Below are positions 27,452 through 37,478 of a stretch of 64,000 nt of DNA, one piece after another (the first letter of the stretch is position 1; each line of letters begins with the position of its first letter). The translations under genes were made by a program, and so were the position numbers. The notes beneath the pieces were generated by a model. That model made no database searches, was not told the origin of the DNA, and saw only the letters and a list, made by a program, of their open reading frames with translations. Origin of the DNA: a virus; the IMG/VR virus record IMGVR_UViG_3300044961_000421, positions 1 to 64,000 of that record. One strand, 5' to 3'.

Positions 27452-28023
27452 TTTTTTCCTTCCAATAATCTACAGAGTTTAACAAATTGGAAAGCTTGGT
27501 TAATCGCATCCGTAAGAGCATTATGGTTAATATCCCTAACGCCTTCCAATTTCGGTATCAATTCTCGTTGAGCCTTTTTGTAAGATGTCTTTAGAAATGC
27601 CATTCTCAAGGTGCGAATATCGACACCTCTGGATCTTGGAAACAACTGGTAATATCTGGAAAAATATTCGCGCATATAAATGTCTAGAAATCCGAAATCA
27701 AAGCAAATTGGATCACCAACGAATGAAAATGGTTCAAACTTTGAAAGCCACTCTTCAAATTCACCAAAAACAAATTGGTCAGTTTCACCATACTCTTCGA
27801 TATAATCCATAAATTCAACAAAGTTTGGTTGCTTAATCCACCATTCGTATGTTTTTTCCTCCCAATTTATCTTTTTATGCTTGATGGTATAATAGAATCC
27901 ATCAAATTCCATCACTCGCCCATTTATGATTGGCACAGCACCAATCGAAAGGATATTATGTACTCCTGGAACTATTCCTGATGTTTCAATATCGACGGAA
28001 ATATAATTTTCACTCAATATCAT
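27448..28023 (-). CDS. DEDDh 3'-5' exonuclease
   Basis: SVDIETSG, FDFGFL, HNALTDA. Confidence 0.88.
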   Translation of the reverse strand: MILSENYISVDIETSGIVPGVHNILSIGAVPIINGRVMEFDGFYYTIKHKKINWEEKTYEWWIKQPNFVEFMDYIEEYGETDQFVFGEFEEWLSKFEPFSFVGDPICFDFGFLDIYMREYFSRYYQLFPRSRGVDIRTLRMAFLKTSYKKAQRELIPKLEGVRDINHNALTDAINQAFQFVKLCRLLEGKK

Positions 28024-28039
28024 ACTTTTTCTCTATTCT

Positions 28040-28450
28040 TCAATTTTGTACAGTTTTATCTTTCTTGTGCTTCTTCCTAAACTCTCTCACAAACATTAGT
28101 TCCTGTTCTTTCCTTATTCTCTGCAACATTTCTTGTTGCTTTTTCGCTTTTTTTATCATTTTGTCATATTTCTTTTTTTCTTTATTAATGTAATTTGAAT
28201 CCCATAAATATGTAACAGGAAATGATAAAAACCGTTCTTCATCAGGACAACACGAACAGGATCTCTTTCCGATATAACGCACTTCTATAAATAATTCAGA
28301 ATCTCTTTCATAAAGTTCGAAAGAAACAAAATCATCTTTATTAAATTTTTCTTTGTATATAATCGAAACATTTTGTGCTATTTCAATCACTTCTCGTTTT
28401 AATTCTTGTTGTAATCTATAGTAAAATAAAATATCCTTCTTCTCCATCAA
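28040..28450 (-). CDS. Hypothetical protein
   Basis: ORF track. Confidence 0.6.
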   Translation of the reverse strand: MMEKKDILFYYRLQQELKREVIEIAQNVSIIYKEKFNKDDFVSFELYERDSELFIEVRYIGKRSCSCCPDEERFLSFPVTYLWDSNYINKEKKKYDKMIKKAKKQQEMLQRIRKEQELMFVREFRKKHKKDKTVQN

Positions 28451-29613
28451 TCTACCCTCACAATGACTGTGTTTTCATTCAGACGTCCCGTCACTTTCTG
28501 TGGTTTGGATTTGATTGTGTCCATCAGCTTACGGAGAGCAACTTTACCGTTGTTCACAACACAAGTCAATACTTGTTCAGGTTTTCTGATCTTTTTGCGA
28601 GTTGATTTACTTTCATCAAAATCAAATACTGTAGTTCCGCGAATTACAAAACCTGTGGGTTTCGCTACAAGATGGGTCAGATAGCGATATTGTGTATCGA
28701 ATAACCAAACACTTTCGGATTTCAAAATTTTATCTGGTGATACTGACACAATCTTGAATTCGGGGATAGAAGCTTTATACTTCATTTTTACCGTCACTTT
28801 TGTAGGATCCTTTTCTTTGATTTTCCTGGGCTTGCGAGGTTTGCGAATTTTTTGTTGCTTAGATCCCGAAATATATTCGATACAGGTGTTCACAATGTTT
28901 TGGATAAAATCTCGCAACTCTACCAAATCGGTCTTTTTGAAATTGGAATATGCTTCAGAATATTCTTTGTCTCCTGAAAGAGAGAGTCTGATTTCATTCA
29001 ACATTTTCTCATACTTCTCAAGGATCATGGAAGCATAGGATGGAGCAATTTCTCGCTCAAAGAGAAACTCTTTCATCGAAAAATCTCTTTTCCCTAGGAT
29101 AAAATTATCAACTTCCGTTTCCAGCAACCCTATCAAGAAGCGCCGGCGAGAATTAACTGCTTCCTGGATACGCTCATATTTGGATAATTCTTCTTTCTTC
29201 TTTTCGGAAAGGATTTTCTTTCCGTTTTCATATGCCCGATGGAAAAATTGTTCCATCTTTTCGTCAAGATATTCTTCATACCCTTCAGGAATAACCATAC
29301 CTTGAAGATACATACGGCAGAGAGATCCGAGTGTATTGAAACAACGATCTTCTGCCGCTTTATATACTTCTAATTTATCCTTTGGAGTTCCGATCTCCTG
29401 AAGATACTCAATTGAGTATTTTTTCATCTCTTCGATGGTAAAAGAATTGTTGTACCATGCTAGAGCAGAAACCAGAGAAGAAAGAAAAATGTCATTGGTT
29501 AAAGGCCACGAATCCAGATTAGGTTCCTTACCCCAATAATTTGAAATCTTTTCCCTTACAGCCGCATTTTTGGTTCTACGCTTTTCTTTTCGCGTATCAA
29601 CTTGTAAGCGCAT
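28447..29613 (-). CDS. Conserved T4-like hypothetical protein
   Basis: ALAWYN, EAYS, KPRK, GTTV..FD..KS.RK..RKPE, GRLNE; own promoter TTGACA-17-TACACT and an SD. Confidence 0.85.
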   Translation of the reverse strand: MRLQVDTRKEKRRTKNAAVREKISNYWGKEPNLDSWPLTNDIFLSSLVSALAWYNNSFTIEEMKKYSIEYLQEIGTPKDKLEVYKAAEDRCFNTLGSLCRMYLQGMVIPEGYEEYLDEKMEQFFHRAYENGKKILSEKKKEELSKYERIQEAVNSRRRFLIGLLETEVDNFILGKRDFSMKEFLFEREIAPSYASMILEKYEKMLNEIRLSLSGDKEYSEAYSNFKKTDLVELRDFIQNIVNTCIEYISGSKQQKIRKPRKPRKIKEKDPTKVTVKMKYKASIPEFKIVSVSPDKILKSESVWLFDTQYRYLTHLVAKPTGFVIRGTTVFDFDESKSTRKKIRKPEQVLTCVVNNGKVALRKLMDTIKSKPQKVTGRLNENTVIVRVD

Positions 29614-29672
29614 GTGCCGTCCTTTCTTTTACTACTCCTCTAGTGTAGCACACATTTTTCTATATGTCAATA

Positions 29673-30677
29673 TCAAATAGTTTGTTGGGTTTGTTGGATT
29701 TGTTGAGCTTGGGACAATCGACTAATATTTTCTTTTATATACCAATCACTTGCAAAAATATTATATACCAATGTCTTATCTTTTTTGAATTCCTTCTTTG
29801 TTGTGGAACGAAAAGGGAAAAGAGTGGTTTTTAAAATATCTGGAACCATTTTTTTTACACCATTCGGAAATTCAATCAAAAGACAATCACCCTCAATGAA
29901 ATCGGTATTATTAAATTTGGATGAGTTTCCGATTCTCAACCCATTCATTAATTCAATAAATTCAACATAATTTTCATAATGTACATTACAGATGTTGAAA
30001 AAAATTCCTTCATCTGTTTCAAATTGGATATCTAATGTATTCCTCTTCCTTTTTCCACCTGTCAAAACACCATGAAATTTGCAAAAAATGGGTCCAGAAA
30101 AATTTGGATGAACGATATTCTTGTCCTCCAACAACAGCTTCTTACACATCGTTGCCCATACAATAGAAAAAAACAGAAAATAAAATGATAAATTTTCCGG
30201 ATCGCACATTGATTGAGAATATTCTTTCTCAAAATCGAGTTTAAATAAACTATCCAAAGTGCTTTTTGTTCCAACATTATTGTTTGTGAGTTGGTTCAAA
30301 AAATAATTAGCATTTTTAGATCTTACATCTTTGACAAAGGAAAACAATAATTTTTTTTCCTTTTCATTCATAAAATCTGAAATTTTTGGATGAAGAGAAG
30401 ATGTGAGGTTATTGGATCTTTGAATCATTCGCATTTGTTCACAAAAAGTTTTAATTGTTGATTTTATCGAAAAATCATTGTAATAACTGGAAAGCAATTT
30501 TGCTTCTTCAATTGTCAAGAATCCTAGTCCTCTTTTTTCACTCATAGAAATCATGAAGATTTTACAAAAAACGTCTTCATGTGTCATGTTTTGTAATACT
30601 GCTTTTAGATAGGGGTCTAAATTTTTTTTATGATCCCGTTTAGTGGATGGATTTTGAATAGGTGTATTTGTTCTCAT
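29673..30677 (-). CDS. Hypothetical protein
   Basis: 334-aa ORF. Confidence 0.7.
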   Translation of the reverse strand: MRTNTPIQNPSTKRDHKKNLDPYLKAVLQNMTHEDVFCKIFMISMSEKRGLGFLTIEEAKLLSSYYNDFSIKSTIKTFCEQMRMIQRSNNLTSSLHPKISDFMNEKEKKLLFSFVKDVRSKNANYFLNQLTNNNVGTKSTLDSLFKLDFEKEYSQSMCDPENLSFYFLFFSIVWATMCKKLLLEDKNIVHPNFSGPIFCKFHGVLTGGKRKRNTLDIQFETDEGIFFNICNVHYENYVEFIELMNGLRIGNSSKFNNTDFIEGDCLLIEFPNGVKKMVPDILKTTLFPFRSTTKKEFKKDKTLVYNIFASDWYIKENISRLSQAQQIQQTQQTI

Positions 30678-30972
30678 TTCTGTTTCGCCGTCCCAAAAAT
30701 AATAAAAAAAAGGAAAACCAATTTAAAAACCAATCATTATGCTCATTTTTTAAGAATACAAATTTATTCCAATTTTTATATCTAATATCATAAAGAGTAC
30801 AAAGTTCATTTTCTTCCTTTTCAGAAAGATGTCTCTTGGAAAAGAGTTTTGCTACCTTTATCATAATAGAATATTGTAACAAAATGAAACGGTGCCTAAC
30901 CGTTTCATGAAGGCACACAAAACGCCAAAATAATTTCGCAAACAGTCTTTTCAAAAATCTCATACCACACAC
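30640..30972 (-). CDS. Hypothetical protein
   Basis: ORF track; promoter TTGACA-17-TAGTAT near 31041. Confidence 0.45.
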   Translation of the reverse strand: MCGMRFLKRLFAKLFWRFVCLHETVRHRFILLQYSIMIKVAKLFSKRHLSEKEENELCTLYDIRYKNWNKFVFLKNEHNDWFLNWFSFFLLFLGRRNRNENKYTYSKSIH

Positions 30973-31056
30973 CTTTTCGAAAATCTTTCAAATCTTACAT
31001 TACAACTAATACATACTAGCACATATCACACTAGTTGTCAATATATAACAATACAA

Positions 31057-31251
31057 TCACTCATCCATTTCTGTTTGCTTTTGTAATACACTTTCCAATT
31101 TTGATGCATTTAGTTCCAATGATTTCTTTACTGAATGAGGAATGCGTTTTAGAGATGGATGTTTAGCTAACCCTGTCCAAAAACCATTGGAATATAACCA
31201 TCTTTCTCTTTCTTTTTCTGTCATTAATTTCCAAATTTCTTCAATCTTCAA
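31057..31251 (-). CDS. Hypothetical protein
   Basis: TTG start with an AGGAG SD. Confidence 0.6.
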   Translation of the reverse strand: MKIEEIWKLMTEKERERWLYSNGFWTGLAKHPSLKRIPHSVKKSLELNASKLESVLQKQTEMDE

Positions 31252-31486
31252 ATTTTTTTCTCCTATGTTATTGATTCTAAAAACATTTCACATAAAAAAA
31301 TAAAATAAATAGCAAAATTTATTTAGAGACGATGGAAAACTACGGGAAAGAAAGAAAAGATCAATCCTTTTTATTTTTGAATTTTTTGAGGTTTTTTCTA
31401 TTTATTTTTCAATAATTTACAAAAGCGAAAAAAGGAAATTAAAATAATTTTTTTCTTTTTCTTGACAAATGACTTGACAAATGTTA

Positions 31487-32095
31487 TTATGAGAGTGTAG
31501 CCGTTTCAGATAAGTAATTATATTTAATTCCTTCCAGTCCTTGGAGAAGAATGAAATATGAATCCACGATATCGGTGAGAGGACTATTTAATTTTTTTTC
31601 TCCAAGAATCCTATCATAAAGGTCATCACGATTGGTTCTCTTTTTAAATGCTTCCCACATTTGTTCTTTATTCGCATTTCCTTTACCGAAAGCAAATTTC
31701 TTCACAATTGTAGGAGCGCTAATTGTGTAATGAATTTTATTTTGGAAAAGACTAGCTTTTAATAATCCAGTATTTTCTCCAATATTAAAAACCTTTCCTT
31801 TCGATCCCATGGAATATCCTTCAAGGAATACATTTTTTACTCTATGGTGTTTAAGAAACTGAATTGTTAGATTTGTAATATTTAAAAATCTTTCTATTTC
31901 CGACAAATAATTTGGATGGGAAATATATTCAATATTTTGTATTTTTTCTTTCTCTTTCGGCTCTTTATCGGAAATGATAAGAAATGAGCATTCTTCGAAA
32001 GAAGGGGAAAAAGAAATGCCGGAATAAACACAAATAGCAGGGCTTGTGATGCTATAGTCTATTCCGGCGCATACTGGCAATTGTTTCGATTTCAC
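31487..32095 (-). CDS. RuvC-like (RNase H fold) resolvase/nuclease
   Basis: GIDYSITSPAIC, LEGYS, IGENTGLLK, KKFA.GKGNANK, DIVDSYF. Confidence 0.85.
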   Translation of the reverse strand: MKSKQLPVCAGIDYSITSPAICVYSGISFSPSFEECSFLIISDKEPKEKEKIQNIEYISHPNYLSEIERFLNITNLTIQFLKHHRVKNVFLEGYSMGSKGKVFNIGENTGLLKASLFQNKIHYTISAPTIVKKFAFGKGNANKEQMWEAFKKRTNRDDLYDRILGEKKLNSPLTDIVDSYFILLQGLEGIKYNYLSETATLS

Positions 32096-32103
32096 ATAAA
32101 TAT

Positions 32104-32289
32104 TTATTCTTCATCTCCATCATCAAATTCATCTTCTTCGCTAGGGTCTAATAACTCTTCTTCAAGAGATTCATCACCACAAAATGGACAAAAAACAACT
32201 TCTTGGTCTTCTGCGATATCCTTGTCATAAGACACTTCACATGATACACCACAATTTTCACAAAAAATGTGAATGATTGATTGTTCCAA
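32104..32289 (-). CDS. Small zinc-ribbon protein with an acidic tail
   Basis: CENC...FCPFCG, D/E-rich end; late promoter TATAAATA at 32341-32334. Confidence 0.75.
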   Translation of the reverse strand: MEQSIIHIFCENCGVSCEVSYDKDIAEDQEVVFCPFCGDESLEEELLDPSEEDEFDDGDEE

Positions 32290-32347
32290 AATATTTCTCC
32301 TAAATCAATTTTTCTCATAACCATGATCATAGTTATTTATAATTTTT

Positions 32348-34276
32348 TCATTTTATTGGGCACACACCGGACTCACAATTAAGATCCTCAATATTTCCGG
32401 ATCCAATATCAAAAGTTTTGGTGGGTGTTTTCAATCTTGATAACATAAGATTATATCTTTGTTCATCTATTTCTTCATATGGTGCTTGTCTGAATCCGTG
32501 ATCGGAATGAAGGAGAAAGGAAACAGATTTGATCGAATTTTCATAATTATCCTTCATCCATTTTTGGATATCTTTTAATTCTTCTTTTTTATAATAGACT
32601 GTTACAGAAACAGCATTATCAGACCAAACAGTTTGAATTTTCTTTACCAATTCTAATTGTTCCACAGCTTTCATATTTTTCGAGAGAATTGTGTTTTCAC
32701 TATATTCACAAGGAAATTCAATAATAACTGTATTTCTATCTTCAGTACCATCAAAATTTTTCAGATATTCTATATGATAATTCATTTCTCTCAAAAATGA
32801 TACGAGAGGATCTGAAGAAGACATCCGTATTCTACGAATAAAATATCTAGCGTATCCCGGATGAACACCTGGTGTTGAGCCAGCAAGAATGGAGATTGTT
32901 CCACTAGGTTTCACTGTTGTTAATTTAATTGATTCAGGTAATTTGTTTTCCTTTGAAAATTGTTTATCATATTTTCTCAATTCTTTATATACATCATCGA
33001 GCCATTCAATTTTTTCTAACGATTGGCATATACCAGAAATTCCTAAACCTATTCTCATGTTTTTATGTACGATATCATTTGTTTCTTTGTGGATAAAAGG
33101 TAATTTACAAATTGCCTTTTGTGTTTTATAGATCAATTTTGCTGCTTCAATTAATTCCTCTTTTGATTCAATATTATTTAAGAAAATTTCTGATAAATTA
33201 CAACATTCATGGTCTGCGAGAGTAATTTCCCCACAAGGATTTAATACGATACAATTATCTTTTCTTTCTTCTCCAAGACGACCATATTTTTGAGAGAGAG
33301 GGAGATTAAAAAATCCATAAGGTTCTCCGTTTCCTTTATAACCATCCCAAACAGAATCAGAAATTTGGTCATATGAATCAGCACCAATCGTATTGTTACT
33401 CATTGCTCTCCAGTTTGGAATGTTTCCTGTATCCCATCGCTTTGCTCTTAGGAAAAGAAAATCATCAGGATCACCAACAGCAATTTCCGCCGAACGTCGA
33501 ACATTACCAGCAACTACAATTGATCCAATAATATTACAAATATCTAAAACATCAATGGAACGTAATTTCTTCCCTTCTCTTGATTTTATCACATTACATA
33601 TTTTTTCTATTCCATCAACAAGAATACCTGGTCCAGAAGCGGTACCACCAAATCCTTTTATCTTTTCTCCATATCCTCGAATAAGAATCGTAGAATAAGT
33701 AAATGATTCTCCGTTATAGAAGAAGGCATCAAGAGTATGTTTTAACAATCTCACCCAACCCTCTCGTGAATCTGGTACAATAAAATCGGCATCTTTTGTG
33801 GGTAAATGTGTGATAACAACATCTTTTTTAATTTTAGGCAATTCATGTACATCTTCTCGTTTAACAGAGAATCCTACACCACCGCCTAACATTAAGTTTT
33901 CGAATAAGAAACAAAAATCACTAGTATCTTTCATCGCTAATCCCCAACAATTGAGTAGAGAATTTGCTCCAAATCTATCAACTGTCGAAGTTCCTAGTTG
34001 CCATAGCATTCTACCGGCATAAAGGCATTTGAGATTAAACATTAAATCAAATAATCTCTCTGCTTCCTCTTTCGTGTAATTCGCACCAATTTTTTGAGCA
34101 CCTTCAATACATCTTTGTAATGTATCTACCCACTCTTCTGTTTTACCATTTTCCAATTCTCTCGCATACGTTCGCTTATAAACTATGTAACCGATATTTC
34201 CGAATCCCCATTTTGGATTTCTTTTTCTATAACTCTCCAAAAAACTAGGAGAAAATTTAACAAATGATTCTGTCAT
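32348..34276 (-). CDS. nrdJ: Class II (B12-dependent) ribonucleotide reductase
   Basis: YKRTYAR, GRMLW.LG, LLNC, GNVRRSAE, NPCGEI, TVKPSGT, C-terminal CESGVCPIK. Confidence 0.95.
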   Translation of the reverse strand: MTESFVKFSPSFLESYRKRNPKWGFGNIGYIVYKRTYARELENGKTEEWVDTLQRCIEGAQKIGANYTKEEAERLFDLMFNLKCLYAGRMLWQLGTSTVDRFGANSLLNCWGLAMKDTSDFCFLFENLMLGGGVGFSVKREDVHELPKIKKDVVITHLPTKDADFIVPDSREGWVRLLKHTLDAFFYNGESFTYSTILIRGYGEKIKGFGGTASGPGILVDGIEKICNVIKSREGKKLRSIDVLDICNIIGSIVVAGNVRRSAEIAVGDPDDFLFLRAKRWDTGNIPNWRAMSNNTIGADSYDQISDSVWDGYKGNGEPYGFFNLPLSQKYGRLGEERKDNCIVLNPCGEITLADHECCNLSEIFLNNIESKEELIEAAKLIYKTQKAICKLPFIHKETNDIVHKNMRIGLGISGICQSLEKIEWLDDVYKELRKYDKQFSKENKLPESIKLTTVKPSGTISILAGSTPGVHPGYARYFIRRIRMSSSDPLVSFLREMNYHIEYLKNFDGTEDRNTVIIEFPCEYSENTILSKNMKAVEQLELVKKIQTVWSDNAVSVTVYYKKEELKDIQKWMKDNYENSIKSVSFLLHSDHGFRQAPYEEIDEQRYNLMLSRLKTPTKTFDIGSGNIEDLNCESGVCPIK

Positions 34277-34280
34277 CTAT

Positions 34281-35126
34281 TTACCTTCCAGGAAAAAAAT
34301 TATTTTTAAATTCTGCTATTTCTCGCTGAGTCATTCCACTTTCTTTCATATCTTTTTCGCTTATTGGGCAAGTTTCATAATTTTCGAATAATTTTCGAAT
34401 AAAACCAAATTCTGTCCTACTTATTGTAAAAGAAAAAAACATATATTCTTCAAATGCTTCTAGAGTAATCGGTACATATGGTTTTATTAATTCATACATC
34501 GCATCCGCAAATGCTCGAATTTCATATTGAGCATGTGAATCTTTTCTTAGTGAAAAGTAATGTAATAGATTTTTGAGATCAATTTTCCAATAGCATTCTG
34601 TATAATTTGAAACAGGAAGAACGATTCTTGCTAATTCGCGCGATATTCCGTTTTGGAGAAATGTTTCATATGTTTCAAAACATGCTTCATATTGGTTAAT
34701 CAATGAGTTTTGGCAAGCAATATTATTATCTCTCGAAATAGGTTCTTCGGAACCCTGCTTATTTGAGTTGGATTGTGTTTTGAAATTTTCAGGAACATAA
34801 AACTCATTTGACATTTCACTATAACGACCAGAATATTCATTTACATTCGCGGTCCTATGGCGAATGTGTTGTCTCATTACAAAAATTGGTAGTTTAATAT
34901 GAAATTTAAATTCCACCATTTCGAATGGTGATGTGTGCCTATGTCGCATCAAATACCGTATTAATGCCCGGTCTTCAGAAACCGTTTTTGTTCCTTTTCC
35001 GTATGATACTCTTGCTGCTTGAACGATTGATGAATCATCACCCATCACAGAAACTAATCCAACAAATCCTTTATCTAATACTGGGATATAGTTTTTATTT
35101 CCTATTACATCTTCTTGTTTTGTCAT
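34281..35126 (-). CDS. thyX: Flavin-dependent thymidylate synthase
   Basis: AARVSY, H.SPFE, RHR..NEYSGRY, LR...HAQYEIR. Confidence 0.97.
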   Translation of the reverse strand: MTKQEDVIGNKNYIPVLDKGFVGLVSVMGDDSSIVQAARVSYGKGTKTVSEDRALIRYLMRHRHTSPFEMVEFKFHIKLPIFVMRQHIRHRTANVNEYSGRYSEMSNEFYVPENFKTQSNSNKQGSEEPISRDNNIACQNSLINQYEACFETYETFLQNGISRELARIVLPVSNYTECYWKIDLKNLLHYFSLRKDSHAQYEIRAFADAMYELIKPYVPITLEAFEEYMFFSFTISRTEFGFIRKLFENYETCPISEKDMKESGMTQREIAEFKNNFFPGR

Positions 35127-36184
35127 TTATACCCATTTCTCCATTTTTGTAATTGTAATTTTGCTTTTAATCCACTAAAGGTATTTTTTTGTATGAGTTC
35201 TATTATTTTCTTTTGTGTGAATCCTTTTTGAATTAGATCATTGATATCTTTTCCTTCTATTGCTATTGGCCAGATAAAAATAGAATATCCTCTATCAACG
35301 GTTTCCAGCATTTTTGAAAAAATTTGATTGTTTGATCTTTCGTTATCATAAATGAATATCGTTTCTTTCGGTACATCAATTGAAAGCAAATCTGATCCAG
35401 CGGCAGCAAGACAATTCGGAAGGAAAAAAGAATCGAAGGGTCCTTCTACTACATATATTTGTTTGGTAAAATCTATTCTATCAATACCAAATATTTTTTT
35501 AGCATTATCATCAATCTTTATTGTGATGTATTTAAATTTTGATTTTCCAGAAAGACTTCTTCCTGTAAATGCTACCAATTTTTTATCCTTGTCGTAAAAA
35601 GGAATTATAATTCTCTCGTCAGGTTTCAGCCTGTGTGTATATTTAGAAGGTAGGATAGTTTCCACAAACTCGGAAAAATTTTCTGTAAAAAGTAACATTT
35701 TATGGAATTTTTTTGGAATCCTGCGATTAAGAATGTATTCTTTAGCATAATGATTGTCCGGTAGTTTATCGAGTGTGATGGCGGAAAGATTATTTTTATT
35801 TGGTTTTTCTTTTTTGGTTGGTATTATAATTAATTTATTTGTTTTTTTCACTGTATCCTTGAAATCATCGCCCGGATTTGGTTTTTCATAATTTGAATGA
35901 CCGTTTTCGCCTTTATTAAATCTTTCCAAAACATACTTTCTATATAGACTTTGATTATGTTCTTTTAGAAAGTTTCCTAAAGTGGTGCTTACATTACAAT
36001 TGTGGCATTTGAAATTAAATCTATTTTGGATTTGATAAAAATAACCGCGGGCTTTAGTTTTATTGCGTTTCGAATCACCACAAAATGGACACCTAAAATT
36101 ATATAGTTTTGGTGTTTTTCTTTTAAATTTTTCTAATTGAGCGGATACGAGTTGTATGTATTTTTGTTCGATAAAAAGACTCAT
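35123..36184 (-). CDS. 61: DNA primase gp61
   Basis: NFRCPFCGDS, CHNC, VVEGPFDS, KDIND; ATG36184 is leaderless after TTGACT-17-TATAAT. Confidence 0.95.
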   Translation of the reverse strand: MSLFIEQKYIQLVSAQLEKFKRKTPKLYNFRCPFCGDSKRNKTKARGYFYQIQNRFNFKCHNCNVSTTLGNFLKEHNQSLYRKYVLERFNKGENGHSNYEKPNPGDDFKDTVKKTNKLIIIPTKKEKPNKNNLSAITLDKLPDNHYAKEYILNRRIPKKFHKMLLFTENFSEFVETILPSKYTHRLKPDERIIIPFYDKDKKLVAFTGRSLSGKSKFKYITIKIDDNAKKIFGIDRIDFTKQIYVVEGPFDSFFLPNCLAAAGSDLLSIDVPKETIFIYDNERSNNQIFSKMLETVDRGYSIFIWPIAIEGKDINDLIQKGFTQKKIIELIQKNTFSGLKAKLQLQKWRNGYK

Positions 36185-36234
36185 ACCTTTATTATAACAC
36201 AAACAATAATAATAGTCAATTAAGGTAAGTCTAT

Positions 36235-36672
36235 TTAAGGTAGGTCCATTTTTGTTATTTCACCGAAGCGTAATGTTTCTGCTTCCTTTTGTTTTTGATT
36301 GGATATTAAAATCGCCAAATTTTGTGACATTTTATTCTGTGAATACAATATGGTTTCGAATCTGTCATCAAATTTTTCTATTTTTTCAGCCAACTCTTCA
36401 AACTTTCCTTCATGAAGAAATTTTAATTCTGTTATCTTTTCGATTACATTTTTATGCTGTTCATTATAAATGTCAGTTTTTACATACTTATCATTTACTG
36501 TTTTAATAATCTTTTCTTCCAAATCATAATATTGTTTATCCACAATACTTTTGAATTCAATTATTTTTGAGCGAACAAAAAAGGTTATACCTAATATTAA
36601 TATATTAAAAAAAATGTGCATCAAATTTATCAATGAAATTGATACAGATGTCTCGGCTAATTCTGGGAGCAT
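36235..36672 (-). CDS. Membrane-anchored coiled-coil protein
   Basis: N-terminal TM segment, then heptad-rich region. Confidence 0.6.
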   Translation of the reverse strand: MLPELAETSVSISLINLMHIFFNILILGITFFVRSKIIEFKSIVDKQYYDLEEKIIKTVNDKYVKTDIYNEQHKNVIEKITELKFLHEGKFEELAEKIEKFDDRFETILYSQNKMSQNLAILISNQKQKEAETLRFGEITKMDLP

Positions 36673-36692
36673 TTTTTTCCTTCTTTATCGTA

Positions 36693-37061
36693 TTATTTTC
36701 TATAAAAGGACATTACACCTGTACTTTTATCAGAAATTATAATTGGTTTTTTTGTTTGTTTTCCATATGTTATAAGTTCATTATTACAATCATTTAATTC
36801 TTTTCTCCACCTACTATATTTTCTTCTCCCAAAACGGCGTTGGAAAAAAGTATCTGAATCAACATCAAATACCCTATATCCCATAAATTTTTTTTCTTCT
36901 CCCAATTTATCAGAAGAGAATGATTTCCTTTTTAGCGGTTTTTTTCTTCTTACAAACCCTATCAGAGGAGAATATCCAGCGATTTCTCCAGACCCGACAT
37001 TGTTTGTAGGAGATATGGCACCAACACCCATCTCTTCTCTAAATTGCTTGAATGATTTCAT
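36693..37061 (-). CDS. Putative internal head protein
   Basis: N-terminus MKSFKQFREE resembles T4 capsid-targeting sequences; PTNNVGSG.IAG motif. Confidence 0.65.
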   Translation of the reverse strand: MKSFKQFREEMGVGAISPTNNVGSGEIAGYSPLIGFVRRKKPLKRKSFSSDKLGEEKKFMGYRVFDVDSDTFFQRRFGRRKYSRWRKELNDCNNELITYGKQTKKPIIISDKSTGVMSFYRK

Positions 37062-37450
37062 AATTTCTGTAATCTATTTAATATTTCTTTATCCAAAATT
37101 ATATTGTATGTATTTATGTCTTTTCCATTTATCCCATTTACTTTTTCTGGTAATCTATCTAAAAAGTAAAGAAATGAACACAAATATGGTATGATAGATT
37201 CATCCAATTTAAAAAATAAAATACGGACAGCGGCTTCATTAGGAAAGACATTAAAGAATATGATTAGGTGATTGAGTATCAGTCTTTCTTTTAATACTTT
37301 TTTATTTTTATATCTCAATAATAATCTTTTTAGATATTTAATCTTATTAACATCATCCCAAAATTCTTGTATATTACAACACCTTTCGTTTTCATATGCT
37401 TTCATGATATATAAATCTATGTTTTCAGATGTCAAATTTTCAAAATTCAT
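37058..37450 (-). CDS. Conserved T4-like hypothetical protein
   Basis: F..LT..N...Y..K.Y....C....EF.DD...KY.KRLL..Y...LKERLILNHLI. Confidence 0.85.
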   Translation of the reverse strand: MNFENLTSENIDLYIMKAYENERCCNIQEFWDDVNKIKYLKRLLLRYKNKKVLKERLILNHLIIFFNVFPNEAAVRILFFKLDESIIPYLCSFLYFLDRLPEKVNGINGKDINTYNIILDKEILNRLQKL

Positions 37451-37478
37451 ATTTGTTTTGGTTTGTAAAACACTCTAA

